The notes: a model not told the origin generated them from the letters alone. 64,000 nucleotides of DNA from Antedon mediterranea (GCF_964355755.1 NC_092679.1:15111432-15175431); one strand, 5' to 3'. Positions 37,626-52,009 are shown, counted from the stretch's first letter. Numbers and translations: made by a program.

Positions 37626-39269
37626 TGACAATAAATTGAGAGCATTTTATACATTTATTACCTCATAGACATTTTGGAATAGATAACGGCACCAGAGAAA
37701 AACATCCCCAAAACATTAATACATTACACACATAACAGCCCAATAAAATACATTACCTAACATCGGGGGATATAGAATGATAAGAATAAAAGAAAGAATT
37801 AAATAAACATGCAGAAATCTCACAAGTTTCTGCTGATATATTTTTAGCAAAGCAATCATTTACAGCTTATAAATTACAATCGTTAAAAATGTTGCGTACA
37901 GTATTTCGTTTAATAATCAATCAATCATTATCAAAGATCATCATTTAATCATTATCCAAGATCATGATTATTTAATCATTATCAACGATCAATGTTTTTT
38001 TTTCTAATTAAAATAACAATAAAACAAATAAATTGTAATTTATGCACAAAATAAGGAAATAAAAATGTATGTATATAATTATTTACATTATTGTTTTTCC
38101 ACATATTTTAATTTCTTCGCTCCGCTCTTAATATAAATTACTACGTTAACATTTACATATTTTGAAAAATGATATAAACAAGTAAAATAAAAATAAATAG
38201 ATAATATTTTGTTCCAGAATTTAAAAAATAATATAAGATAAAAATAAGATCTAACTAAATTAAATTGGAATTCGATTTGCAAAGATTGCACCGATGGAAT
38301 GCATCAATTATTTGATACTTTGTTTCACCTAATTAGGAGATTTATATAAATATCTATCATTACAATTATTTAAGAATTTAATTACTGATAAGCCCATATA
38401 AGGAATGATAATATCTTAAGTGTTCACATTTTCACCTACTGTATTTGGCAGAGGTGTTTCTTTGGCTATTCGAGCAATCTATCAAAACTATTAAGTGGAT
38501 TTTAAATTCGTTTTTGTACCCCCGTCCCTGAGTAAAAATATATTCTTGAACAGTTCGTCATAAAATGCGGAACTGATCAAACTTGTACGCCCATATCTAT
38601 TTGTGCTTTTTTATACTTAGGCCTATATGTTTATTCCAATGTTATTGACGATTGCGATAAATATTTTTGATTATAACCAACAAGTTGATGTATTAATGTT
38701 ACCATTTTAGTGAATAACATTTTATAACGAAGTACTGCAAATAAATTCGTTGTATATTTATATATTATATCATTTATATAATAACAATATACGGTATGTG
38801 TTGTTGAAAATATAATCAACATTTCGCCGCAAATAAAAAAAAAGAAATTGCTAATCCTATTCGGGTTAAAATGCCATAGTTTAAAATTATCATTTTATTA
38901 TCATGTATAATTTTAGATAAAACGGAATGATTATTTATTTTACTCACACTTATTTAAATATTTAATTGATTTTCAATTATCTTTAAATTGTCAATCAACA
39001 AATAAATATTTTAGTAACAACTGGTTCCGTTGTATTTAGGATATCAGTGCTTGGAATGATGTTGTCGGGATTCAACTTTAACGGAAGGAAACATCGCCTT
39101 AACATGAAGGTAGGCGAATATTGTCTGTTTCTTCATTCACAATTCTGAACCATCCACACAAATGTTACCCTAAATTTAAATAGTTCATATAAAGGAAGTG
39201 TATTTTCATAGTTGTGCCAACTGCCTTTTTGTCGCAAATATCATTTTGTTTTTATTTGCGAATTTACAA

Positions 39270-39967
39270 TCACCACGTTCTACCATGTAGAAGAAACGGT
39301 GTGTTCAAAGTAGGATCTTGGCTGTTTGTTAGTCCATTATAGGCAGTTAATACATGGTCGTGTGATGCACCGTTAGCATTGATAGAAGTCTGTTGCCCTA
39401 CACCCGAACAAGGGACTAGACCGCTCGAGTCTATCTGTGTCTGATGATGATGATGGTGATGGGTATTCAGGGTGTTGTGCTCCGCCGATCCATTCGTATC
39501 TACGGAATCAGTTAAACGAGCATCGGGGCTAGGGGTGTCACCGGTACTCGTACCATTACACGGTTTTCCATCTTTAACTAAAACAGGTACAGCAACCCGC
39601 CTAGGCGACTGGTGACATAAACTGTTATTATCTTGCATATTTTTGTCCTTTTGCTGCCGTTTTAACTTGTATCGATGATTTTGAAACCAAATTTTTACTT
39701 GAGTTGGCGTGAGGTTGATAAGACTAGCGAGATGTTCCCGTTCGGGTGCTGATAAATAGCGTTGCTGTTTAAAGCGTCGCTCCAGTTCGTATACCTGGGC
39801 CTGCGAGAACAATACGCGTCTTTTCCGTCGTTGAGTCGGTAACATCGGCTTGCCCATTTCGCCCATTCCTCCTAGGCCCGCCATGCTCATATTCATGTTC
39901 ATATTCATATTCATGTTCATATTCATATTCATATTCATCGGTGACGGTGGCGTCATTAGTCTGGACA
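39270..39967 (-). CDS. NK2.1: NK2.1 homeobox gene, exon 2 (homeodomain, NK2-specific domain, C-terminus)
   Basis: Acceptor TTGTTACAG|TG at 39968/39967; homeodomain [59 protein letters not shown] with the NK2-diagnostic Tyr54; NK2-[19 protein letters not shown]; C-terminal GRTW* as in NKX2-1/2-4. Confidence 0.97.
39888..39938 (-). repeat. Coding hexamer microsatellite (ATGAAY)n encoding a Met-Asn repeat
   Basis: Plus strand (ATTCAT/GTTCAT)n; protein [17 protein letters not shown]. Confidence 0.95.
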
Positions 39968-42689
39968 CTGTAACAATACAAAGAAAACAAAAACAAATAA
40001 GTATACGTCTGCGCTACACAGTAAATACGGCTATCACACCAATGTTTGATCAACGCCCCCCGTATAAACCATACACAACGACAGATAGTGGTGTAGGCCT
40101 ACACATAATGATAGCTAATCGTAAAATCCCGCTTTGAAGTCCATTTAATCTCGGCCAAAATTGTTCTTAATACTCCTAATGCAGTCGTTATTGTATTCAT
40201 TTTAGGTATTTTTACGCGGATCAAAACAATTTTTTCCCATACCAATAAAACGGTAGACTTGTCATTAGTTAACGCTACTCATGTAGGGCCTAATATGTAC
40301 ACTGTATTATGAATTCAATTACGATTTAATACAGTATTTAACATATTACATTCTGAAACACATAACATTAACATAATATTTGATTGGGAAATAATTAAAA
40401 TTTGTATTTCTGACTGTTAAAAATTGTGACGCGTATTTCGAACAGTTTAAAAACATTCAATGACTTTTAATAATATTAAAAGTGTTTCTATCAATGTTTA
40501 TAAAAGTTTTATTTCATGTATAACACATAATTAATAAAAGGTGAATTTAATGAATATTTATATCATTCAATGAATTTTTATATTATTCAATAAATATGTA
40601 TATTATTCAATGAATATATATTTGTTTCAATGAATATATATAAAATATATATAATTTACAATGAATATTATATTTTTCAATTTATTATATAATAATCAAT
40701 TAGAAAAGAATATTTTAAAAACTGTATCCGGTTGTCAAATTGCATTGCGACACATCGTGAATATAATCGTTAAACAGATGGTATGTTTAGCTATAACATA
40801 TATAGTCTGTTATTAATATTATCTTTACCTTTGCTACTGCTGGGCCCGATTTCTAATATAGGCCTATTATTAATTGTAATATTCATTATTATAATGTATT
40901 CGTTGAATCAAGTTATCCTCGTCGATCGATTTATAATTCTGGTTTTTTTTATGTTCAGTATTAGACGATTTAAATAATTTGATTAAATGTAATATATATT
41001 GATTTTGTTTTTAACGAATACTTAGGTAAGACAGTTTTATTTTACGTCGTCCCATTATTATTTAAAATTAAAATGTTAGGTTCTTTTTTTTCAGTTATAT
41101 TAACATTTTGTTTTGAGAAATACAGTATAATATTATACATTTTAAATGATTTAGTATAGGTATGATGTATTTCGGTTCGCGATCATAACGAAGCCCTAGA
41201 ATAAATTATTTCAGTTAGCGTAGCATTACAATAGTAAAACATTCGTTTTGTATGAACTAGACTTATACATTTGTTTGTAGTACTTTATTTTATTTTTCTT
41301 GAGGTCATAACGAGGCCCTTAAAATAACAGCATTTATGTAGTATTTGTAAGCAGGGCTTCTGTCGTTGTACTTTGATAACGAACAGTCCAGTTTACCCTT
41401 CAGGGGCTCTGGCTAGTATGCTAGCGGGCAGTGATCCATAAGATAGGGTCGCTAAGCCAACTGAATAGATGCAAGATTTAATTGTTACGAGGTTTTATGT
41501 ATAGAAAAGATAAAGGGCGAAACGTGACCTACTTCTTCCTAGAAGTACCGGTGTTGAAATGATTACACGAAATTAAAATACGGAAGAGTGATTATTGTTG
41601 AGTTTATGATGACAAAGTATCCGCAATTGATCCAAAGAATTAAAAAGTTAACCAAAAACCGCGTTCTATTCTTCGTTTAAAATGCTTACCACGTAGGCCT
41701 ACGCGTTTCGAATTATGATGATGATTTTAAAACAAATATATTTCAGACCTTTGGCCTATTGAATAAGACATTCGTTGGGTATTTTCAACTGTTATTTCCC
41801 CATGCTGATTTCCTTACAATTAAGCCTGAATGCACAATCTATAGGCCGAGGTGTGGTAAGACAGTAAGCCGGATTAGTAGTATTTTAAAGGGATTTTAAC
41901 ACGCAGAGTGTCTGAAAGAACACCTATCACCCTGTATAAAGGGAACCCACATAACTGATTACTGTATTTCACTAATTGGGGACCCATCCTTGGCAATTAT
42001 CCACAACAGTTAGGCTACCCGTATAAACTAACTTAATACATAACGTATTAACCATTTTGCAATAGTTAATAAAAAACTATCGTCAACAAGTATGGTCTTT
42101 TTAAATAGACAATCCACGTTCTCTTGCATATTCCCAAACAATTGTATTACATCCGACGAGGATCGTTTAAAGATTTTATAGCGAATTATTGACTTCCGTA
42201 TAACTTTAACCTATAGGCCTACTCTATATTTTATATAAATTAGTAAAGCAAAGTGAAATTAGATGGGAAGATTATACATTATTCCAGATTGGTATTCCCA
42301 GGGACCTGGAGGAAATTATGCCATGCATGGAAAGTTTAATGTAATGTAACTTTAGCCTATCCTGTTGGAAAAACATGAGGAAACGGGAAATCGGCCTATG
42401 TTGCTTTGTGAATACACTTTCGTTGTTTTTCAAACTCACAATCATATTGAGCTACAGTTTGTTACTATAGTATTCAGAGTTTAGAATGCATGCAAAATAG
42501 GGCCTTGGGAATCTAAAATCAACATGGCCAGTGTAAGTTTAACAGGAATCAGGCTAAGTCTTTAATCACGGACGGAGGAAAGTGACCAAGACGGGAAATA
42601 TGTTCCGGTTATCCACGGGGATACGCCTGGGAAAATTCTACAAAAGTCAAGGTAACAATTCAATCGAACGGAAATACGTTAAAACTTAC
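39968..42689 (-). other. NK2.1 intron (2722 bp, phase 1, GT-AG)
   Basis: Donor C|GTAAGT at 42690/42689; the spliced junction reads DPRFS-L-SRLM, matching the PRF(S/P)xISR(F/L)M region of NK2.1 proteins. Confidence 0.92.
40545..40685. repeat. Degenerate AT-rich tandem repeat of about 20 bp in the NK2.1 intron
   Basis: TCAATGAATAT(A/T)TATATTAT repeated about 6 times. Confidence 0.7.
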
Positions 42690-43020
42690 GTGAAAATCTA
42701 GGATCCGGGTTCGGACCATACCAGCTTGCAGACTGTCTGACATGGTCGTTGTAGTGACTTAATTCTCCTCCGTTGCAGTAAGTTGGTCCCAGGCTAGGGT
42801 GGGATAGCTGCGGTACTGACATGTGGTATGGGTTAGATTGGTTCATGCTAGTAGGCTGCATACCTTGTTGAGAAGTAGAACGATGATGATAAGCGGTCTG
42901 CGATTGCATAGTCGTTAAATTGTTTCCAGGCTCTAGCATAGCTTTCTTGTAGCTCTCCTCGATTGGGCTAAGTATATCCGTTACTGAAAATGGCGTCGTA
43001 TGCTTAGGGCTGAGGGACAT
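42690..43020 (-). CDS. NK2.1: NK2.1 homeobox gene, coding exon 1 (TN/eh1 domain, Tyr-rich region)
   Basis: [26 protein letters not shown] is nearly identical to the NKX2-1/NKX2-4 N-terminus; YCNG and [11 protein letters not shown] motifs present; 331 nt + 698 nt = 342 aa + stop. Confidence 0.97.
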
Positions 43021-43350
43021 GACTTGAGAAAACCACTCAAGTGTATTTAAGTACCTAGCCCCTCGATTGATTTTGTTTTTCCAGCACTGTTGAGTCTACC
43101 TTTAAATATCTTCTAACCGATCTCAAAAGCCACTTCTCTGGATATGGTCACTAAATCGAACAGGACTCCTATAAGTAAATATTGAACACTCTTAGTAAGA
43201 GGGCGCTAGTATTGTAAATCACGACATGCATTATTATCATCAAAGTTTTCAACAACCAATCACAGATAGGTCTCGCCAGCTAACGTTCTGATTGGCCTAG
43301 TGTTCTGTGACGTTGGATTTTGTTAGCTTACGCATTGTCCAATCGTTATC
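43021..43350 (-). promoter_or_regulatory. NK2.1 5' UTR / proximal promoter
   Basis: CCAAT boxes at about 43256 and 43339, ATTGG at about 43291, TGACGT at about 43308, AGAGGGCGCTA at about 43198, and NK2-type sites at 43033-43053. Confidence 0.5.
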
Positions 43351-46300
43351 ATTTAATTAAATAATGACAATGATGGATTCTTTGATCAGATTTTTTAAAG
43401 AGTAAAATATACAATAGCAATGTATGTAAATTGGACCGATGCATTTTTAGTTTGAAGATATTTTGCTTTTTAACTGTATAAAATTGACTTGAAAATGATA
43501 AAAACTAATTTATTCATCATATGCCTATATACAATAGCCCTAATACAATATAAATTTAAATCATACAATCTGTTATATTAATTTGCTCTTCGTCTTTCAA
43601 CATCTAAGCTGTAGCCCACTTACATAAATAATTAGTTAAAATGATTATGTCTATCATTCTATAAGTTTACCATCTATTAGATTTAATGACATTTTAAAAC
43701 TGAATAAACGCAGTTGAGATACTTTTAGGGATTTTAGGAATGAATTCATTGTAAAATGTCTTGGTTTATCTCACATTTGAATATAATGTTTCTATCACTG
43801 TTATTTATGTTATAATATTGGCTGGTTAAGCACAACACAAGTCGGTTTGCTACTTTTGCTTTTCCTCTATTTTTTGTTTATGTAGGCCTAGGCCTAGAAA
43901 GATTGAACATAAAATATTATTCATTAGCTTATTTTACCTTAGGATTTATTTCATAATGTTGTTTTTCATATCATAGGCTAGTACAAATAACGATTTATAC
44001 CATTTCTTTACTCCTATATTGCATAAGGCCTATATGCGCATTTTTTCAAAGTTAAATTCAACGAAATAAAATATAAGATATACATGATTGTAGAATAAAT
44101 TACAAAGTATGCATTGTTTATGACATTGAGAATGGTGAAAGCCACAAAAGAAAAAAAAAACCAGTAATCATATAAAACTGTAATTGAAATCACCCTCAGT
44201 TGTAATAGACATACCGTATAATGAATGTTTATGAGAGAATATTTTTATATTGAATAGGTCTATGACACAAGGCTTTCAAAAATACATTATCCTCATAGGC
44301 CTACAATGAATGCAAAACATTATTTATTACACAGTTAATGTTTTAAAGCAGACTTTTATTCAGTTAATTGGCCGCTTTAATCTTGAATCGAATGTCGAAG
44401 GCTAGGCCATAAACATTCAGCGCTCAGATTTTTACCGCGGGAGCAGAACAGTTGGACGGCGCACTCTGTAGGTGGGTTTCCCGTTGCGCAATATAAAGTA
44501 ATACAGGCCTGTCGCGTTGCAATTTTTTTGGAAGCAGAGCACCAACCAAAGATGTGTTGTGATGTGTTATTAATAATAATAATAATAATATTCATGTTAG
44601 GCTCTATCCCTAATTAATCGTAGGCATGAAACCACTTCTTACGGGAAAATTCCCGTCATTTGTCCACTACTATACAATAGATCGTCATACTTTATTTATG
44701 AACCATTACGGCGACGATCGCATCCTATGTTTAGATATTTATTAGTATAGGTAGGCCTAGATCCATAGAAGGTACGAAGGGAGTAACATATGTGATTTCC
44801 GGATTGGAACATTACATGATAGACTTAGGCCTATAAACTGTTATTTCACATAGGCCCTACGACGCAGTTTGACAGATTTTAGGACGTATTTGATAATTGA
44901 TATAATTGAAGTATTGTAAAACTGTAAAAACTTAAATTTTAATTAATCTGTATTGTTTACTTTCTTTTATTATTTATATTACCAGGATCCAGGTCTGAAT
45001 TATTTATATATTATTTACTCATAATCAGTAATAATTTCCGATAGAGTTTCTATTAATATGAGGAAATGGTGTCGTATTTCACATGTGAAGCGTGTATTAC
45101 CCTGGTAAAGGTTGGTTACCGCTTGGACGCAGCGCAATGACGTGCGCGCCGCAAGTAGCTGACCAATCACGACGACGCAATGGATCATCTGAACTGTCGC
45201 TTGTCACTCGCGTTGTGCTTACGTCATTGCGTTCAAGTGGAAACTCAGCTTTAGGCAGTTGTTACCTTTCAATAAAATGATGCCCTGGGAAAAAAGGTTT
45301 TTTTTTAAAAAAAAAATGAATTAGAGAGGGACTAAACTGAAGGTTATTTCCGGGTTTTGTGTGGAAAAAGAGGAACAATCTACGACGTTTAACATTGTAT
45401 CTTGATTTTAGAATCATTTCTAAACAATAGAACGTGACACATAATTCAATAAAACTTGGTTCCCACTAGGAACGCAAGGCAATGATTTAACCACGACGCA
45501 GGTAGTTTGACCTACCTCGAGCTTTGGATACTGTCGCTTGTCATTGGCCAACTTGCTTGCGTTCGGCGCCTGCACCCGTTGCGTCATTTAGTAAACAATC
45601 TAATGTATTGAAAAATAAATGTTTAGAAAGTATGTAATCATTATTATTCGTAAAGGTGGTGGTGAAAGATAAAAAAATGTATTGTATTGGTTTACTTCCA
45701 CACAATTGAAAAAAAACACACACAAACAAAAACAAACCCTACTAAAATGGTAATACACAATGTATTAATGGTTATACAGTAAGTGCACAGTGAAAAGCAC
45801 TGCAAAAATGGTGATACAATTAATAGAAAAACGATGCCACAGAAAAAACGTCCGCCACTCAAAATGAAAGATGTGTTCAATCATAATATAGGTTTCAAAT
45901 GTTGATTTAAACCCTTTCCTCGGTCACTTTGAAAGCCCATGTAGGATATGGATGCATGCAACGGTAAGAACTTGTACAGTATAACTTATAATAGAATAAT
46001 ACATAACGAAGCCTATTTGGTGAAAGTGGGAATTTCAGATACCATTTCGGCGGATAATTTCCAAATGTAGTTTCCCAGTACAATTCCGTTTTGCCACCCC
46101 ATGCGTAAACTGCATGTAGTATTGTATAAAATTATACATGTATTAAAAATGTACAAATGCATTGTCTCTATCTCATTGTATTGTGTTGTAATTTGCAACG
46201 TTATAAATAATTATGTTTTTTTTTTGTATCTTGTGTCCTGCTTCCAATTTGATATAATCCTAATTTTTATTCCAATTGTTAACAAAAAAAGAGGTAGTAT

Positions 46301-47148
46301 TAGAATAACCTACAACTACCATTTATAACTTTTCCACAATAAATATATAAAACATTTTGGAAAAACGCCGATTGCCTTGTAATTATGATTTTGGTTCAAT
46401 TATTAAAGATTTTAGTTTCACATTTACCGTTATGTTAACTATACGTTATAGGCTATGTTTGACAACACTTATTTACATTCAAAGACTTTACTTTTCTGCA
46501 TAAAAAATGTAATAATAATAGGCCTAATATTTCTTGGAAGAATGTGAGAACAGCAATTATTCTAAAATAATATGAAGTACTTTCCGTAATTCGTTGAAAG
46601 TGGAGTGGTTTAACAAAGTTTAACTCATCGACCATATTGGTGTGGTCGCTTCTTATTATTTCAGTAACCGCCGTTTCAAACAAAAAAATAAGTGTGTAAT
46701 GATAAACAACAAAGTTTCTGCAACTGAGACTAAAAGTCCGTTCAGGCTATTTACCAGATAAGTTGGTTTCATGGACTAATTATTGGTAACCTTTGAGGGT
46801 AGATCACCAACTTACCCAGGTAACTGTTTTTACATGGGTAAGTTAGTGCTAAAAGTTAATGGTAAAAGTGTTAAGCCGGAACGCGCCCGGCATGCAAACG
46901 GCCTACTTTGTTTGGTGAACAGTTGTGTTGGACGGGGTTCTTAGTGTCGTTTCTATATGAGGTTTGCTTTTAAAACATAATTCACTTAATACATACAATA
47001 GCAAATAAATAATAGACGTTACCTCTACATTTGAGAAGGATAAAGACTCCATGTATATCCCACCTATCTTTTGCCAATTTTTATGTTATGTTTATTACCG
47101 AATGGTTTGCAAATAAGACACTTTATTATTGCAGTTGATTTTATTTTT

Positions 47149-47480
47149 TAAGATATCCCTCTGAAAAAATAATTCTTAACAAAATTTTTGTTGAATATAT
47201 GCCATTTCAGTGTCACCTAATAGTTATCCACTTTAACCAAAAATTGGATGAAAACAAAATGTATTTACCTGAAAAAACTGTAATTTAAAGCAAAAAATAG
47301 TAAAATTAGCTGCCAGCCAATGGGTTTTTGGTTGAATTTAACCATTTATTTTTTCATTTTATAAGTGAAAACATTATTTTTTTTCGTTTTTTTTCTACGA
47401 AAGTGATTAACTTGATTAAAACTATTAAACAACATATTCAAAGTCTGATTTAATTAATCTTAATTTTCATGCCTATAGTA
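47149..47480 (+). mobile_element. Dispersed MITE-like repeat family B, copy 3
   Basis: CCACTTTAACCAAAAATTGGAT...GCCAGCCAATGGGTTTTT...AAGTGAAAACATTATT...GAAGTGATTAACTT. Confidence 0.65.
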
Positions 47481-50400
47481 TCTTAAATAGTAAATCAGTT
47501 TGTCAATGATCTAAATAATAATATAGAGAAAGAAACGTTTAATGTTGATAATAACTATGTTATTTTATTTTTAAGATCTTTGTTCCTTGTTAATCTCTTA
47601 TTTTTATATAACGATCTGACAAATCATAACAAATTGTTATTATTATTAATAATTATTATTGTATTTTATAAAATAAATTATGAATTAAAATAATAAAATA
47701 TATTTTGCATCAATTTTTTTATAATTAAATCTGTTAAGTATAACAGCATTACTCTAAAATAAAAATCTGAGAATAATATTGGAAGCAGACGATACTTAAA
47801 GCGGAAACAAAGGCGCGCAGACAGCCTGGCGCCAACACCTGCCTAAGCCCTGGTCAACCGTCCATAAAAGAAGCAGCAGTCTGCAAATGCAACTGGACAT
47901 GTCAATCTTACAGTTGATACTTTAACTAATGTCATCCTATTGAGTCGTTTAGTGTGTAACAATAGTAACATAAAGGCCTAGGAAACCATTACAGGTAATC
48001 AGAGCTAATAGTTCGACACACCTGGGCTTAGGAAGATCCGAAAGCTACGAGCTAGCTCTTCTGTTTCTGTTTAATAAGCTAATTGGGCACGGGAATAATA
48101 TGTATATCTATGGAAGTTTTTTCAAAAGGGTGTGATGTAGTTTTGTTCAGTTTGAATGCTAATTGTTTGTTTTTCAGTAACACATGTGACTGGGTTTTTA
48201 ATTGCAATCTGGGTCACTCGCCTCATTACGGACCATAAGATAATGAACGTCTTCACACCTCCTTCACAATACCGTTAAGAAACATTATCTATAGAAATCA
48301 CTACAAACGTAAGAAGCAAGGTAAACAAAATTCACTTATAACAGTTTAGTGTCAACACCTTCACCGTCAAAAGTAATGATTTAATCGTCTAATTATTTTG
48401 TACTATATAATTAAGTGAGTGTATGTTTATATAGACTTTCTTTGTAACTAGAGCTTTGAGAGATCTTTTAGAAAACTATAGGCTACTACCTAACCATCCC
48501 CACCACTGGATAAGTATAGAAAACATCTAGCCATCACGGGATGAGATTGCAAAATAGTTTTTGTTTGAAAACTTAGCCCAAATTTAATTTAGACTTTAAA
48601 AAATGTACGAATGCTAGATATACTCGGCGTTTAGTTTAAATATGCACGATGGATTAGGCCTATAAATACATTTTTTTTTAACTTTTCTTAATAATCTTAT
48701 GCTTCTATAAACAAAATTAGAAACAGTAGATTCCAAAATAACTGATGGAGCCCACACTAAATACCATTTAAAACAAAGTATGATACTAAATAAGATATTT
48801 GTTCGAATTGTGATCATTACTAGTTAGTGCTCTGTTTTTTATATTTGGCCACCACCTTTTGAGGTACAGTAATATTATCTTCTACGTTAATTTTTTTACT
48901 CCATTCTTTTTGTTTTGTTATCTCGTATATTTTCACGTTACTCACTCTATCTGTTAAATTAATATTCATCGCAACATTTTCCTGTGATACATATCTTATA
49001 ATATGCTATACTTAAATCTTTTGTTGAGTACCCAGAGTTCACAGTTATAAAAAAAACAATGCTAACTATAATATATGCATCTATTTAGAAATCTTCATGT
49101 TGTAATTTTAACAATCAGCAGATTGTCCTAAAAATAAAAAAGAAAACTGGAAACATGATATATTATGAAAATAACTTCAGTTTATTGTTTCTTATTTTGT
49201 ATTTCATTTTATATATTATAATATTATATATATTTCATCACTCATTTCATCATCCTTTCTTTCTTAAAGAAAAGGTGTTTTAGTGTCCGCTTCTTGTTTG
49301 CGCAATCAAAGGAACCCAAACATTCCTCCCAACTTTAATTGTCGCCTTTCTAGTCGAAAGTTTATATTATATAACATTTCATTAGCTTAAAGTTAAATAT
49401 AAGTTGGTGGATAAAAAAAAGGGATGGAAATGGGGAAAAAATAGCACGTTCAGATATCCAGAAGTATTCTGGGTAAGTTCTGTGTTAAAATTAGGCTGGG
49501 TGGATTATACGTTTCAATTTAACTTATTTTTAGTCACAAATCGAATAGCACGCTCGAGCCAGGATGTAGTGAGTAAATATTATGTTTTTGTCTTTAAGGA
49601 ACTTGTTCAAATATTAAACAATTAAATTAGTAAGGAGGTGTCAAAAGGGTTCTAGTGTAATTTCATACCATTAAGAGAACTGTAGGAGGATCTCTAGTTT
49701 CGTACAGTGGGAATGTATCCGTATAAAAATAGTAAATGTTGTCTAACAACCAAATTTCGTTGTTCTATTAATAGGCAAAAAAAAAACCAAAAAAAAAAAA
49801 ACAGAAAAACCTTTCTGACAACTGCAATATTTCTACGAAAAAAAATAAATTAAGTTTTTCATAAACACAACAAAATTGTTTACTAATTACTTTGAACCAA
49901 TAATAAATAATAAAACTATTTTAGAATAAAGTAAAATGGTAACTCGTTTTATATCTCATCTTTAGAAAAGATAACCAGTTCAGTTTTTTTTACAAAAGAA
50001 CTTATTGATAAAGTGGTCCTCTATAAATCTAAGTAAAATGTATAGTTATGCAACAATATAAAAACGTTTATATCAATAACAAGATTTAGGTATTTCAACA
50101 ATATTTTACGAGGATTGTCCATCCAGCCAAAGCGGATCGTTACGGACCATCACAAAATAATATGACAACACAGAAACATGTCATAATTAAAATTAAATAA
50201 ATATATATTTATAAAGATTAACAGAATAATGCATAAAATAATAAGAATCAAAAGGGATATCAAATAAAAACAAAGAATTCAATTTAATTAAAACAATACA
50301 AAACAAAAGTAAACAGGCAGTGTAAGATGATGTTTTGTGTTTTTTAATACTTTTCTTCTCTTTTGTGGCGTAAACACCACTTGTATTCATATTAATATTA

Positions 50401-51920
50401 TCATAATCATGTCATAATCATAACATCCTTCATATTATTTCATTATTATCACATTTTGGTTATTTTCTAATGTTATTCTTCATTTCAATTTGTTTAACTT
50501 GCTTTCATTTTCACAGCAATTGCCTGTTCACAATATATGTCTTATACAGTATTAGGATTTTTGTTCAATTCCTAGCAAAATTAAATCTTTTTTTTTACAT
50601 TATTACGTACATTTAAATGTATTACTAACTAATTTATTTATCCATCTGTCATTTCATTGTGCTTTGATGAGTTGAGATGTCCGAACCTTTGTCTTCCATT
50701 TTCTGAGAAATATGTCCTATTTACAACGTTAGTGTTTACAAACAATATTCAATAATCACGACCGGCCTGATGGTCTTAGATTTTATCATTTCAACGTCAT
50801 CAGTGTACTTACTAGGTCACACAAGGTCATAAAAGAACGTGAAGACAATTCAAACGTTTAACGTTGCAAACGTGATCATTATTGTAAAACCCCTTTGTTT
50901 AAAAAACGTTTGGTAAATACCAGTAGCAGACGAAAGAAATATTTCAATCCGGGCGCGCGCTCTTTTGCCGAATTCAGTCTTTTTAGTATTGATCGGTCAA
51001 TTTAGATTAATTGTACAGACAATAATGCTATTGCAAATATTTTAATGAATGCAGTTAATAGTTTTTAATTAAACAATGTACATTGTAATATAATATAATT
51101 AACATTAATTGAAAGGGAAAACGGTTTTGCTGTAGGCCTAAAGTTTGTAAAAAAGGAGCAATAAAAGATCTTTATTTTTTTTCTTATAATCTAAATCATA
51201 TAGAAATTAGAAAACTTTGTTATTTTAATTATCCATCAAATGAAAGATTTTTACTACAAGAATGAAAAATAGCTAATGACCGCTTTGGTAATATTCATGT
51301 TTTTATATGAAAGAAATGACTACCTTGTGTCATTATTCAATATTTTATCTCAGGCATCTTATAAATAAAAACAAAATTCTTAACTTCACACAAACTTAAA
51401 TTGCAAAACGAATGAAACTTTAATCAACAATGCACAAGTAAACAATTACAAAAATGTAAAAATTATATCTTTTTCTTAAGGTAATTAATATAGAATTTAT
51501 GAAATTTCAAATTGTGTGTATTTTCATAATGTGAATCGTGAGCAATTCGTTTCTCTCTATAACGCAGCAAAACTTGGCTCAATAGGTGAATAAATGATAT
51601 TGTATAGATCAAGTAATAATTTAACAGAAAGAAATTAAAATTATATTTGCTAACTACTAGAAAAATGTGTTTTCCATTTGAATTGTAAGTGGATGTAATG
51701 TACTTAACTTGAGATTCGAACATCCAAAGATTCAAGATTCAAGAAATTTTATTTGTCCATAAAAATAGAAATTCACTTTGCTTTGCAAAAAATGTTGCCA
51801 CAATTTAAAACGTGCAGTATTATAAATACAAGATAAAAAGTTAAAATAAAAAACTGCTAACCTGTGTATCTAGAATGATGTGCTAAGTGAATTGTGCATG
51901 TTTGTAAACTATAATCTAAA

Positions 51921-52009
51921 CTATGTCGGTCTGTCGGTCTGTCGGTCTGTCTGTCGGTCCGGTATCACTATGCGTTTTAGCACGCGACTTATGGCTGTTG
52001 GCCTTGTTT
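51921..52009 (+). mobile_element. Short DINE-1/Helentron-like fragment (family of 1-680)
   Basis: CTATGTCGGTCTGTCGGTCTG...TCACTATGCGTTTTA is the reverse complement of 605-647. Confidence 0.6.

Noticed and set aside
39769-40137. Overlapping ORFs 39769-40053 (YEYEHE) and 39850-40137 (IFMFIF)
   Set aside because: Shadow frames of the (ATGAAY)n repeat in NK2.1 exon 2.
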